Positions 1 through 9,774 are shown, counted from the first letter of the stretch. The stretch: DNA of 64,000 nucleotides from Arenicellales bacterium (GCA_965213865.1 OZ243928.1:2353221-2417220); one strand, 5' to 3'. Numbers and translations: made by a program. The notes: generated by a model from the sequence alone, not told the origin.

Positions 1-1312
1 ACTAGCCGGTCGTATTATGACTCGCCGGCGGATGGGCAAAGTCACATTCGCGGACCTGCAGGACTCAAGCGGCCGCATTCAGCTTTTTGTGCGGCAAAAC
101 ACAGTTTCCGAAGAGCATTATCAGGAATTTCTGGATTGCGATATCGGTGATGTGATCGGGATCAAGGGCAATGTCTTTCGCACCAGGACAGGCGAGCTGA
201 GTGTGGCCGTTGAGCGTTTTGAACTGCTCGTCAAGACACTGCGGCCTTTCCCAGAAAAATTTCATGGGCTAGCCGATCAGGAGACTCGCTATCGCCAGCG
301 ATACCTTGACATGATTATGAATCAAGATGTCAAGGAGGTGTTTCGCCTGCGGACCGCACTGATTTCAATGATTCGCTCTTTTTTGGACAAGCGTGAGTTT
401 ATTGAGGTGGAAACACCAATGATGCATTCGATTCCCGGCGGCGCTATTGCCAAGCCGTTTGTGACGCATCATAACGCTTTGTCACTCGACATGTACTTGC
501 GCATTGCTCCCGAACTCTTCTTAAAGCGCCTGGTAGTCGGCGGTTTCGAGCGGGTATATGAAATCAATCGCAATTTCAGAAATGAAGGTGTCAGCACTCA
601 GCATAATCCAGAATTCACGATGCTTGAGTTTTATCAGGCATATGCCGACTACGAAGACTTCATGCAATTGACTGCCGATCTTTTTGAGACCATCGCTTCT
701 GAATTGGTGCAAGCTGACACGATCGCGTTTGGCGGCCAAGAAATTAAGATTGCACCGCCTTTCAGGCGCCTGCCGCTGCTAGAGGCGGTGGCCGCAGAAA
801 ACCCCGATTTGCCAGAATCTGATTTGCTCGATCAGGAAAAACTCACTGAATATCTGCGCCGCCTCGGCGCCAAAACAGAGACATCCTGGGGACTTGGCAA
901 ATTGCAGTTTGAGCTTTTTGAGCGGACTGTTGAGGAGAAACTGATTCAGCCGACTTTCATCACCGGCTATCCAGTCGAGGTCTCGCCATTATCCCGCATT
1001 AATGATAATGATTCAACCATTGCCGATCGATTTGAGTTTTTCATGGGCGGCATGGAAATTGCCAATGGCTTTTCGGAATTGAATGATCCAGAGGATCAGG
1101 CACAGCGATTTGCAAACCAGATTCAGCAGCGTGAGTCGGGAGACGAGGAAGCGATGCGTTTTGATCATGATTATATCCGCGCGCTGGAATACGGATTGCC
1201 GCCGGCAGCGGGGGAGGGCGTCGGCATTGATCGACTGGTGATGGTTTTGACCAACAGCGCGTCGATTCGGGACGTGATCTTATTTCCGTACCTCAAACCC
1301 GAAGGTCGATAG
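1..1312 (+). CDS. lysS: Lysine--tRNA ligase (class II), 5' end cut by window edge
   Basis: The frame of ORF 17..1312 is open to the window start. It has an OB-fold segment (KVTFADLQDSSGRIQLFV) and class II motifs (NRNFRNEG, GLPPAAGEGVGIDRLVM). Confidence 0.95.
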   Translation, partial: LAGRIMTRRRMGKVTFADLQDSSGRIQLFVRQNTVSEEHYQEFLDCDIGDVIGIKGNVFRTRTGELSVAVERFELLVKTLRPFPEKFHGLADQETRYRQRYLDMIMNQDVKEVFRLRTALISMIRSFLDKREFIEVETPMMHSIPGGAIAKPFVTHHNALSLDMYLRIAPELFLKRLVVGGFERVYEINRNFRNEGVSTQHNPEFTMLEFYQAYADYEDFMQLTADLFETIASELVQADTIAFGGQEIKIAPPFRRLPLLEAVAAENPDLPESDLLDQEKLTEYLRRLGAKTETSWGLGKLQFELFERTVEEKLIQPTFITGYPVEVSPLSRINDNDSTIADRFEFFMGGMEIANGFSELNDPEDQAQRFANQIQQRESGDEEAMRFDHDYIRALEYGLPPAAGEGVGIDRLVMVLTNSASIRDVILFPYLKPEGR

Positions 1313-1315
1313 CGA

Positions 1316-2566
1316 ATGATTCGCCCGCTGGAGCTGTTTATCGGACTGCGGTATATCCGGGCCAAGCGTCGAACTCGATTCATTTCATTTATCACAGCCA
1401 CCTCCATTCTCGGCATCATTATCGGTGTATGGGCATTGATTTCAGTGCTCTCGGTGATGAATGGGTTTGAGCGCGAGCTCAAGTCCCGCATCCTTACCGT
1501 TGCCTCGCACATCCAAGTCAGTGGCAGCAATCACTGGCTGGACGACTGGCGCAGCGCCGCCGACCAGGTCAGCGGCCACGAAAGTGTAACGGGAGTCGCC
1601 CCATATATCATCAGCCACGGAATGCTCAAGCATGAAAGTCTGGTCACACCGATTTTGGTTCGCGGCATTGATCCAAGCCTGGAGCCGAATGTCTCATCGA
1701 TTGCCGACAGCATGATCTTCGGTGATATGGCCGATTTACGCAGCGGTGAGTTTGGAATGGTTTTAGGGGAGGATCTCGCTTCTCGCCTGGGACAGGTGGA
1801 AGTAGGCGATAAAGTGGTTTTGATTTCCTCTCGGGGACGCGCAACGCCAGCGGGTGTTTTGCCGCGTCTCAAGCGCTTTACTGTGGTGGGTATATTCAAT
1901 CTGAACTTTTTTGAGTATGACAATGGATTGGCGCTGGTTCACTTGGATGACCTGGCAGTCTTGCAAAGTGTCGGCAGCGCAGTCACAGGCATTCGACTCA
2001 AGACAAATGATGTTTTTAAGACGCCGCTCATTTCCCGCGCGCTGCGAAATGAGCTCGGCTTCGAGTATTCTGTCAAAGACTGGACCAGTGAATATTCAAA
2101 TCTGTTTGAGGCGCTGAAGATTGAGCGTCGGGTGATGTTTATTATTCTGCTTCTGATTGTTGCGGTGGCTGCATTCAATATCGTGTCAACATTGGTCATG
2201 CTGGTCTCTGACAAAAGCGCAGATATTGCTGTATTGCGGACCATTGGCATCAGTCCAAAAAGTGTTATGGCGATATTTATCGTGCACGGTGTTGTCATTG
2301 GTGTAGTTGGGACTATCATCGGCACCGCAATTGGTGTTCTGACGGGCATGCATTTGGAATCCATTATTCCCTGGGCAGAACGGCTGTTCAGCACCCAGTT
2401 CTTTCCAGACGAAATCTATTTGATTACGCGTTTTCCGGCTGAGCTGGTGTGGAGCGATGTCTGCCGTATCGCAGTCGCCGCATTGATCATGAGTCTATTG
2501 GCAACGATCTATCCGGCTTGGAGAGCATCGCAAGTCCACCCGGCTGAGGCTTTGCGCTATGACTGA
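1316..2566 (+). CDS. lolC: Lipoprotein-releasing ABC transporter permease, LolC/LolE family
   Basis: 416 aa. An N-terminal TM helix, a large periplasmic loop and a C-terminal FtsX-type TM bundle. It lies immediately upstream of, and overlaps, an ABC ATPase gene. Confidence 0.85.
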   Translation: MIRPLELFIGLRYIRAKRRTRFISFITATSILGIIIGVWALISVLSVMNGFERELKSRILTVASHIQVSGSNHWLDDWRSAADQVSGHESVTGVAPYIISHGMLKHESLVTPILVRGIDPSLEPNVSSIADSMIFGDMADLRSGEFGMVLGEDLASRLGQVEVGDKVVLISSRGRATPAGVLPRLKRFTVVGIFNLNFFEYDNGLALVHLDDLAVLQSVGSAVTGIRLKTNDVFKTPLISRALRNELGFEYSVKDWTSEYSNLFEALKIERRVMFIILLLIVAVAAFNIVSTLVMLVSDKSADIAVLRTIGISPKSVMAIFIVHGVVIGVVGTIIGTAIGVLTGMHLESIIPWAERLFSTQFFPDEIYLITRFPAELVWSDVCRIAVAALIMSLLATIYPAWRASQVHPAEALRYD

Positions 2567-3251
2567 CATTGTTTTGTGCGCCCGGGCCGTTTCGAAACAT
2601 TATGACCAGGGACAGCTGCAAGTCTCAGTGCTGAAGAATGTAAATCTTGATGTGCGCAGAGGCGAGCAGATTGCGATTGTCGGTGCCTCAGGCTCAGGGA
2701 AGAGTACGCTTTTGCATCTGCTTGCAGGTTTGGACGCGCCGACTTCAGGGAGTGTTGAGCTTGGCGGCAAGACTCTGTCAAGTCTGTCCGAAGCCGAGCG
2801 TGGCAAATTGCGCAATCGCTCACTCGGCTTTGTCTATCAGTTCCATCATTTGCTGCCGGAGTTCAGTGCGCTGGAAAATGTAATGATTCCTCTTCTAGTG
2901 CGTCGGATGCATGTCAAAAATGCTCGGCAGCAAGCATTGAATTTGCTAGAGCAGGTCGGATTATCGCACAGGGTTGCACATAAACCGAGCGAGCTGTCTG
3001 GCGGCGAGCGTCAGCGGGTCGCAATTGCCAGGGCGCTGGTGATCAAACCGCTTTGTCTCCTGGCAGATGAGCCGACCGGCAATATCGACCGGCAACAGGC
3101 CAAGGCGGTGCAGGAACTGATGATCAGTGTGGACCGTGAATATCAGGTGAGCTTGATTGTGGCAACTCATGATACCGAATTAGCATCGTCCATGCAGCGG
3201 CTGTTGCGACTGGAATATGGGACATTGGTTGATGAGTCCCGAACGAGCTGA
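2559..3251 (+). CDS. lolD: Lipoprotein-releasing ABC transporter ATP-binding protein
   Basis: Walker A GASGSGKST, signature LSGGERQR, Walker B LLADEPTGN. It overlaps the lolC stop by 8 nt. Confidence 0.9.
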   Translation: MTDIVLCARAVSKHYDQGQLQVSVLKNVNLDVRRGEQIAIVGASGSGKSTLLHLLAGLDAPTSGSVELGGKTLSSLSEAERGKLRNRSLGFVYQFHHLLPEFSALENVMIPLLVRRMHVKNARQQALNLLEQVGLSHRVAHKPSELSGGERQRVAIARALVIKPLCLLADEPTGNIDRQQAKAVQELMISVDREYQVSLIVATHDTELASSMQRLLRLEYGTLVDESRTS

Positions 3252-3413
3252 AACCAGAGTAAATGAACACGCATGCTATCTATGTGTTGATATCTGTATA
3301 ACCGATCATCCATGTTTTTGCGGCTGTCAGCACTTGGAAATACGCCAAGTGTCTATGGTCATTTCTCAATCATTTATGAGTCGCAGCGATTCGATCGAAA
3401 CGTGTACCATGGC

Positions 3414-3713
3414 TTACGAACAGCGAAGCTTCAAGGTGCTGGCCTCCTCCGCTACAATGTCCGCACATCGAGCAATTACCCTGACATAGGCAACAGCAAA
3501 TTCCGGTGGCGTTGATCGAGTCTGTTCCCAGTCCCGAAGTGTACCCAGGGGCACCTGGAAGCGTCGGGAAAACTCTTTCTGTGACAGTCCGAGATCGATT
3601 CTTGTTCTTCGAATCAGTCTAGATTTCCATGCTCGGTCCAGCGCTTCAGGGGATGCATGAAAGTCCTCGGAATCATTTGGATCAGCCGTCAATGCGATAG
3701 ATTCTCTGTTCAT
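3414..3713 (-). CDS. HTH antitoxin (BrnA-like partner of the DUF497 toxin)
   Basis: 99 aa with an XRE-type HTH (GLSQKEFSRRFQVPLGTLRDWEQ). It overlaps the upstream toxin ORF by 32 nt. Confidence 0.75.
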   Translation of the reverse strand: MNRESIALTADPNDSEDFHASPEALDRAWKSRLIRRTRIDLGLSQKEFSRRFQVPLGTLRDWEQTRSTPPEFAVAYVRVIARCADIVAEEASTLKLRCS

Positions 3714-3945
3714 TTTTGTTACTCCGTCTCACCGATATAAATCTTGGTGAGCCTGTCCGCCAAGTGAACACGCCAGTGTACAAGTTGTCCTGAAAGACGC
3801 CAATAACTTTATAACGTTCTTCTCCGTCTTTCTTTCTTATTGAAGGAATGATCAGGTGATTGGCATCCTCAAAGATTCTGCCTCCAAATGCTAGAGATAA
3901 TCCATGTTTTTCGCGATTGCTGACATCTTTGGCAGAATCATACAT
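3682..3945 (-). CDS. brnT: BrnT-family (DUF497) ribonuclease toxin
   Basis: 87 aa. The N-terminal DxAKxxxNxxKHGLSL motif and the ...RFISVRRSNKNE tail are typical of BrnT/DUF497. Confidence 0.8.
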   Translation of the reverse strand: MYDSAKDVSNREKHGLSLAFGGRIFEDANHLIIPSIRKKDGEERYKVIGVFQDNLYTGVFTWRTGSPRFISVRRSNKNEQRIYRIDG

Positions 3946-4100
3946 TTTTCCATTAGGATAAGTATACTGAAATCCCGCATCATCGAAAGAGAAATTGACT
4001 GTCTCAGTTCGGTCGGCGAATCGCTGCGGCCGCTCTTCAACGATTCATTGATCAATGCAGTGCAAATCGTTATCCGATTTGCCAGCTTTATGCTGGTCGC

Positions 4101-4361
4101 TTAAGTATCAACTTCCGCACACAAAGCGTATTCTGCCCGTTGAACCGCCTCTTTAATGTCCCTTGATTTGCAGAAACCAGTACGTCTCTTGACCGTTCTT
4201 TTGAATCCAGCACTGGCCTCCTCCGCCAAAATGTCCGCGCACCGAGCAATTGCCCTGACATAGGCAACAGCAAAATCCGGTGGTGTTGATCAAGTCTGCT
4301 CCCAGTTCCGAAGTGTACCCAAGAGCACCCGGAAACGTCTGGCAAACTCTTTCTGCGACAT
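4101..4361 (-). pseudogene. Remnant of a second BrnA-like antitoxin gene with an in-frame TGA and no toxin partner
   Basis: 4213..4360 aligns gap-free to 3439..3586 with about 17 mismatches in 148 nt. The translation is MSQKEFARRFRVLLGTLRNWEQT*STPPDFAVAYVRAIARCADILAEEA..., with the TGA at 4291..4293. The frame is closed upstream of 4361. Confidence 0.65.
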
Positions 4362-4475
4362 GTGCTACCCGTAGGCTCAGCAATTGTTGCGATGCAGTTC
4401 CAGATTTGCCGCTCAATATATGCAACTTCAATCGCTACAAAACATTGCAGCGTAATATCGGCTCCAATTTTGCCT

Positions 4476-6017
4476 CTAACGCCCGAGTGTCAATCCAATT
4501 TGAGCAAATTCTGAATCCTGCTGGAAAGCAGACAAAACATTGTCCATTAGATGATCAGGATTCCCATTGCAAGACAGAGTTGCAGCAAGAACTATAGGGG
4601 GTGTTAAAACATTGACTTGATCAAGCAGATGTCTTTCGATATCACAAAGATTACTGACATTCAGTACAGCTAATGCGACATGGTAGCTATCCAATACAAA
4701 GAATCGTCTGTCTTCAGAGTTGAGACCTCCGTAGTAGGCTAACAGTGGGCCATGGTCTCCAGAAATAATAAAAACGGAATCCGATAGATCTTTCCTAAGC
4801 TGATCGATTTGACGTAGGGCATTCAGCACTCTATCCACGCCCAATGCGTAATGATCACGGAATTTGTTGAGGTTCTGCGCAGACATCGGTTGAGTCGTTG
4901 ACCAGTGTCCCGGAACTAGAATATGAAACGCTGAAAATACTGGTGAATCAGCATCTCTCTCAAATTCTCGAATGCTTTCTACAACATGATCTTCGAAAAG
5001 TTGATAATCGGCGCGTGTGTCGTCTGTACCGTGAATAAACGCGTAAATCCAATCATATATCCTGCCGGGAAGCTGGTGACAAAAACCAAGTAATTTTTGC
5101 TCACAAGCTAAGCCTCCTGCATATTTCCAACGATTGAGCGGCAGATGAAAAACATCTACGTACTTTCCTTTGCCTCTTCCTAAATGTGTAATTGTGGTTC
5201 CTGTTTGAATTCGATATCCATTGTTGCGCAGCAGTGTGGTAAGCGGGCTGGCAAGCAATCCTGAGAAAACGCTCCCAGACCAAGGGTTTTCAATCCCTAA
5301 GTTGAAAACGGTATTCCACGAATTTCGAGTCGGGAAAGCCTCTGTGAAGCCGCGATTGGATGCGAATAGGGCATCGCTCATTTTGGACATATAGTCTGAT
5401 GCAGGATTCGGAATGCTGAGTGCTTCTTCTGAAAAAGCAGAAGTGGTCAAAGCTTCGAACATCACAATGTGAATATTGGGCTTTGTGGCCAGTTGAGTCT
5501 CGCCGAAATCCTCGAACTTTTCACTGTGAACGAGGTGAGAACTCAATTCTGAGTGACTGAACAGCGACAAAATGATCAATCCTCCAGTCAGAATCATGAT
5601 CTTTCGAGTGTTGCCCAAGCCAGCGCGAAAGTACACATAAGCTACTAATGGATATGAAAGGATGACCGAATATTCTAGCCAGCGATTATGAAAGTTAAGT
5701 ATTTGAAGCCAAATCCCAAACATAGGCAAGCTGAGGATCGCCATTGCTAATACTGTAGTTTGAGGTCGTTTGACTGTTCTGCCCAACTGAAGAAACAGGA
5801 ATAGCAAAACTGCAAGGACTAGAATCCAAGCGCCAAAATAAATTACGGTATATATCACGCCCGCAAGACCGATTTGCCAAATCGAATAGGACAGGAGATT
5901 GGAGATGAAATAGACTTGCGTGATTATGAAGACTCCTAGCAACGCACTATTTGCCAGTGATCTGCCGCTCTTGGCCACTGGCTTTGGCTGATCTGGTAAA
6001 CTAAATTTCGTACTCAT
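4476..6017 (-). CDS. Polytopic membrane protein with a C-terminal alkaline-phosphatase-superfamily (sulfatase/LtaS/PEtN-transferase-like) domain
   Basis: 513 aa. About 165 aa of hydrophobic helices are followed by KPNIHIVMFEALT and FIISGDHGP motifs. The family call is from these motifs only. Confidence 0.55.
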   Translation of the reverse strand: MSTKFSLPDQPKPVAKSGRSLANSALLGVFIITQVYFISNLLSYSIWQIGLAGVIYTVIYFGAWILVLAVLLFLFLQLGRTVKRPQTTVLAMAILSLPMFGIWLQILNFHNRWLEYSVILSYPLVAYVYFRAGLGNTRKIMILTGGLIILSLFSHSELSSHLVHSEKFEDFGETQLATKPNIHIVMFEALTTSAFSEEALSIPNPASDYMSKMSDALFASNRGFTEAFPTRNSWNTVFNLGIENPWSGSVFSGLLASPLTTLLRNNGYRIQTGTTITHLGRGKGKYVDVFHLPLNRWKYAGGLACEQKLLGFCHQLPGRIYDWIYAFIHGTDDTRADYQLFEDHVVESIREFERDADSPVFSAFHILVPGHWSTTQPMSAQNLNKFRDHYALGVDRVLNALRQIDQLRKDLSDSVFIISGDHGPLLAYYGGLNSEDRRFFVLDSYHVALAVLNVSNLCDIERHLLDQVNVLTPPIVLAATLSCNGNPDHLMDNVLSAFQQDSEFAQIGLTLGR

Positions 6018-7422
6018 AAATCTTGCGTGAAGATGATGAGATACTGTGGGATCTGACGATTCGGCATCGCGAATTCAATGCGAAGCTGAAGTGATTTTCA
6101 TCGTAATTCAGGAATATATCTGTACGATGTTGCAACATTTGCCGAACCATAGGATCTGACTTCGACACAAACTCGATCAAGCCTTTTGGCGCCAGCGATA
6201 TCACCCAATTCACAAACGATTCCATTGGAATGTTGCACCCAATCACAATATGATGAATCAATGCAAAGCAAATCAGCCCGTCAATCTGCTCAAGTCGTGA
6301 TACAAGCGTAGTTCGCTCCTCGCACATCCATCCGGAATCAGGCGAAGGGTTGGCAATATCGTAGAGCAGGTATTGAATCTGTACAGCATCTTTGATTGCA
6401 TCTTTTGATGCAACATCAATTGCACCACTGTCGGCATCAATGCCAATCGCGCTTTTTGCGCCAGCGTGAATCGCCAATTTCGTATATCTGCCAGTATTGC
6501 AGCCTAAGTCCAGAACTCTGCTTAATGTGTTGTCTTTCACAAACCGCTTAAGTATTTCAACTTTTGCAGAGTCGGAGACTTTGTCATAACGATTCGCATG
6601 CACATAATTCTGCCAATATGAGGAACTTTTGTTTCGTTGTAGTTTTGCGACTGATTTTGATAGACTGTTAATCATTGCAATTAGATTTTCCCTCGAGACA
6701 GATCGAATTTTTGTTTTCTCTTGTTGCGCGCAAAGATCTGCGTCTTTCGAATGACTCAATTTTCTGATGGCAGCCGCATGCAGATGTATGTGAATCAAAA
6801 CTGCCGTTTTTGCTCTCGTTCGCAGAGGGAGCGCTTCGGCAACTTCCCTGATATCCAAGCCATCAAGTTTGCCTCGGAACCATGCATTGAAATCTATTCT
6901 CGTATAGGCAGACAGGCACAGCGGTGCATAAAACTGTTCGCAGAACTGCTTGTATCCAGCGAATGGCGAGCCTGACCGATAGCGAGTAAACGATAGCAGA
7001 TCAATAAATATTGGTTGACACCCGATAAACTGAATGTTGTAAGCGGATGCATCTTTGAGCGTATAACCATGCTCTAGTGCGTCTCGAAGCAGAGCAAGGG
7101 TCAGAATCGCCGCTTGCTTCAGCGATGAATAGCTCCATTCAAAAGGATAGGAAATCAGCGGGATGCGCTGGTGCTCTACCCACAGACCGTATGCTTCGAC
7201 ATCTTCGGTGAAAATACCAGCATCACGAACTTCATGCTTTGTTACTTCTCTTGTCGAGACTAGCGAGATACCTTGCCGCTGCTGGTAAAAGTCTGACCGC
7301 AAGAACTGCCGAAAGAAGGAAGTATTTTCTTTATTGACTCCTCTGTAAACTCTGTTGTTGCTGACGAATACATGTCCAGCTGGATCGCGGAACGAACCTG
7401 GAACCTTACCGACAGTCATCAT
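6001..7422 (-). CDS. Class I SAM-dependent methyltransferase with a large N-terminal kinase-like domain
   Basis: 473 aa. C-terminal motif I is VLDLGCNTGRYT...IGIDAD. The N-terminal part has SFRDPAGHVF, YPFEWS, and LKDASAYN...IFIDLLSF, which resembles a catalytic loop plus DFG-like element. It overlaps both neighbours by 17 nt. Confidence 0.65.
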   Translation of the reverse strand: MMTVGKVPGSFRDPAGHVFVSNNRVYRGVNKENTSFFRQFLRSDFYQQRQGISLVSTREVTKHEVRDAGIFTEDVEAYGLWVEHQRIPLISYPFEWSYSSLKQAAILTLALLRDALEHGYTLKDASAYNIQFIGCQPIFIDLLSFTRYRSGSPFAGYKQFCEQFYAPLCLSAYTRIDFNAWFRGKLDGLDIREVAEALPLRTRAKTAVLIHIHLHAAAIRKLSHSKDADLCAQQEKTKIRSVSRENLIAMINSLSKSVAKLQRNKSSSYWQNYVHANRYDKVSDSAKVEILKRFVKDNTLSRVLDLGCNTGRYTKLAIHAGAKSAIGIDADSGAIDVASKDAIKDAVQIQYLLYDIANPSPDSGWMCEERTTLVSRLEQIDGLICFALIHHIVIGCNIPMESFVNWVISLAPKGLIEFVSKSDPMVRQMLQHRTDIFLNYDENHFSFALNSRCRIVRSHSISSSSRKIYEYEI

Positions 7423-7609
7423 CTTGACTATCCTGTTCCTTGGATATTTTTTCTGATTTTTTAGGTTTTATTCCAAAGAGACTGAGCAGTTTCCAAAACC
7501 AACTCCGCCAAAATAAAGCGGCTCCGGCGACGGCGGCAACCATCGCTTGGAGCGCTAAGCTTGCTGTTCCCGGATCAAGATAGGCATACGCAATCGCCCC
7601 CCCCCGCAT
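7406..7609 (-). CDS. Small membrane protein, first ORF of the operon, with a G9 tract in codons 2-4
   Basis: 67 aa with one hydrophobic helix (LALQAMVAAVAGAALFW) and a charged tail. It overlaps the methyltransferase start. There is no independent family support. Confidence 0.4.
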   Translation of the reverse strand: MRGGAIAYAYLDPGTASLALQAMVAAVAGAALFWRSWFWKLLSLFGIKPKKSEKISKEQDSQDDDCR

Positions 7610-7899
7610 ACAAAATAAATGAACGCTATTTTTTTGATAAATTTCATGATTGATTAATTTTAACTACAGTAATGCATCAGACATTCAGGCATGCATGATA
7701 TCATAAACACGTCCTCAGCTTCGGCCGCCCAAGAGAGCCGAGCACGAAGAAATTATAAGCTAACACTACGGCAGTTGCGTTCGAATGAAATGCATCGAAT
7801 TACTAATAAACAGGAAAAACTTAAGTAATTTAACGAGATTTACCAACTGAAATCATCTCGAATATCTTTCAAATACAATAATTTATGATAAAAAATCTC

Positions 7900-9066
7900 C
7901 TAATTCTGTAATCGTTCCATCAGGTTTGCCAGCGGTATCATCGTAACACCACCCCCGATTTGGAATTCCTCCGTGCCTCCGTAGACGATGAATTTACTTG
8001 TCGCACCAATTTCCTCGCATGTGCGACTGAAGACTTTGCTGATTTTTGGCGCAGTTCCAAATTTAATTTCAATAGCCCAAATATCGTCGGCTGAAAACTG
8101 GGTCACAAGATCAATTTCCGCGCCAGTCGCAGTTCGGTAAAAGAAAGTTTGAATATGCCTCGGCAGCACCGAGTGAATATTCTCAATCACCAAGCCTTCC
8201 CAGCTCTTTCCTAAGATGGGATTGGACAGCAGCATATCGTAACTTGTGATATTCAGCAGCTGGTGCAGAAGTCCACTGTCTCTAACGTAGTATCGAGGTG
8301 ATTTAATCAGTCGTTTCTTTGTGTTGCGATACCACGGCGGCAATCTTCGTACCAGCAATAAATCGGCAAGAATATCAATGTAGCGATTAACCGTCTTTGC
8401 ATCGATTTCGAGATTGCCGGCGAGTTTCATTTGATTGATTGTCTCGCCTTGCAAATGGGCAAGCATTGTCCATAGTCGCCGCAGCCTGTCGGATGGGATT
8501 TTGAATGCAAATTGCGGTATATCTCGCTCGAGGTAGGTAGCAGTCAAATCAAACAGCCACTCCATAGCCGATGCGTCATCAGCGGCGAGACAGCTCTCTG
8601 GAAAACCGCCCCTCAGCCATCGCTGCTTGAGGCTTGCACTGTCGTCTGCGACTTCTAAAGCGTTGAGTCCATACAGCTCAAGGTAACTGATTCGGCCTGC
8701 GAGACTCTCAGAGGTCTGGCGAAGCAGCTGTATAGAGGCGGATCCAAGCAGCAGAAACTGTTTCCCTTTCCGTCCTTCGGCACGGTTTCGATCAATGACA
8801 CCGCGAATGATTGTGAATATTTCAGGAGCTCTTTGAATCTCATCAAGAAGAATCAATTTGTTGCGGTTGGCCTCGAAGAATGACAGAGGGTCCGCCAGTT
8901 TCAGCAAGTCTATTGGATTTTCAAGATCGACATAAACTGAATCCATATACTGTGCAATCGATTTTGCCAGAGTTGTCTTGCCGACTTGACGGGCTCCAAC
9001 GAGTGCCACAGCCGGCCGATCTTCCAGCGCTCGGATGAGTCTTTTTTCTATCCATCTCTTTATCAT
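7900..9066 (-). CDS. AAA+ ATPase with a DUF4143-type C-terminal domain (COG1373-like)
   Basis: Walker A GARQVGKTT, Walker B ILLDEIQ. About 390 aa from MIKRW; an alternative upstream ATG lies at 9102. Confidence 0.8.
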   Translation of the reverse strand: MIKRWIEKRLIRALEDRPAVALVGARQVGKTTLAKSIAQYMDSVYVDLENPIDLLKLADPLSFFEANRNKLILLDEIQRAPEIFTIIRGVIDRNRAEGRKGKQFLLLGSASIQLLRQTSESLAGRISYLELYGLNALEVADDSASLKQRWLRGGFPESCLAADDASAMEWLFDLTATYLERDIPQFAFKIPSDRLRRLWTMLAHLQGETINQMKLAGNLEIDAKTVNRYIDILADLLLVRRLPPWYRNTKKRLIKSPRYYVRDSGLLHQLLNITSYDMLLSNPILGKSWEGLVIENIHSVLPRHIQTFFYRTATGAEIDLVTQFSADDIWAIEIKFGTAPKISKVFSRTCEEIGATSKFIVYGGTEEFQIGGGVTMIPLANLMERLQN

Positions 9067-9466
9067 AATCCGTATTATAGGATTAATATTCCGAAATAGC
9101 ATGGTTTTTTTTTGCGGTTGGATCGGAACAGAGCAAGGCCGTATGCTGCGACCAGTCCTTTTATACCCGTCGAGTCATCTGGAAGCAGTCAGAACTATGG
9201 AATGAAATGAATGTTGGAGTCAGCTGGCTTTGATACGCTAACGCTGTCATCACTCGCTCGCCATCGAACACGGTCAGAGTCAGCTGTGCGGTTCTTGCCC
9301 GAGACCTCAAAGATTGCAGAACCGAAAATAAAGCAAAGCTGATGATGCTTTTTGTGAATCTATAAAGGGCAGGGGATTTCTTATACAGGACAGAGGAAAT
9401 TCCTAAATTTGCTTTTTAAATGATCAAGATAAAGTAATCATTATCTAAAAGAGCATCAACTTGAGA

Positions 9467-9726
9467 GTGCGATTGAAAGTGAAGCGCAGCGTTTAAGATA
9501 TACGGACAATATTCACCCGCGATGGGTTTTATGCGATAAGTAACCCGGTATCAGAAAGGCGAGCGAGATTGAACCGGTTTATGGACGAGCATCCGGCGAT
9601 GGAGTGTCGTTTCGAGGAGATCATGGAACTGATGGGCCAGCCTGATCTGGGATGAGTGCTGGGACAATGCCCCTGGCCGACGGGGTGGCGGCTGCCGAAA
9701 ACCTCGCGCTTCACTTTCAATCGCAC
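9467..9726. repeat. 260-bp element closed by a perfect 21-bp inverted repeat (structured RNA or MITE-like candidate)
   Basis: GTGCGATTGAAAGTGAAGCGC at 9467..9487 is the exact reverse complement of 9706..9726. The 218-nt interior is visibly GC-richer than its flanks. Confidence 0.5.
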
Positions 9727-9774
9727 CCGAATCTGTAAGCTTTGCCAGTGATTGAGCTGATGGAAGTTTCTGAG

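Noticed and set aside
9467-9726. Retron msr/msd
   Set aside because: The long closing inverted repeat is retron-like, but no reverse transcriptase gene is present nearby or anywhere in the window.
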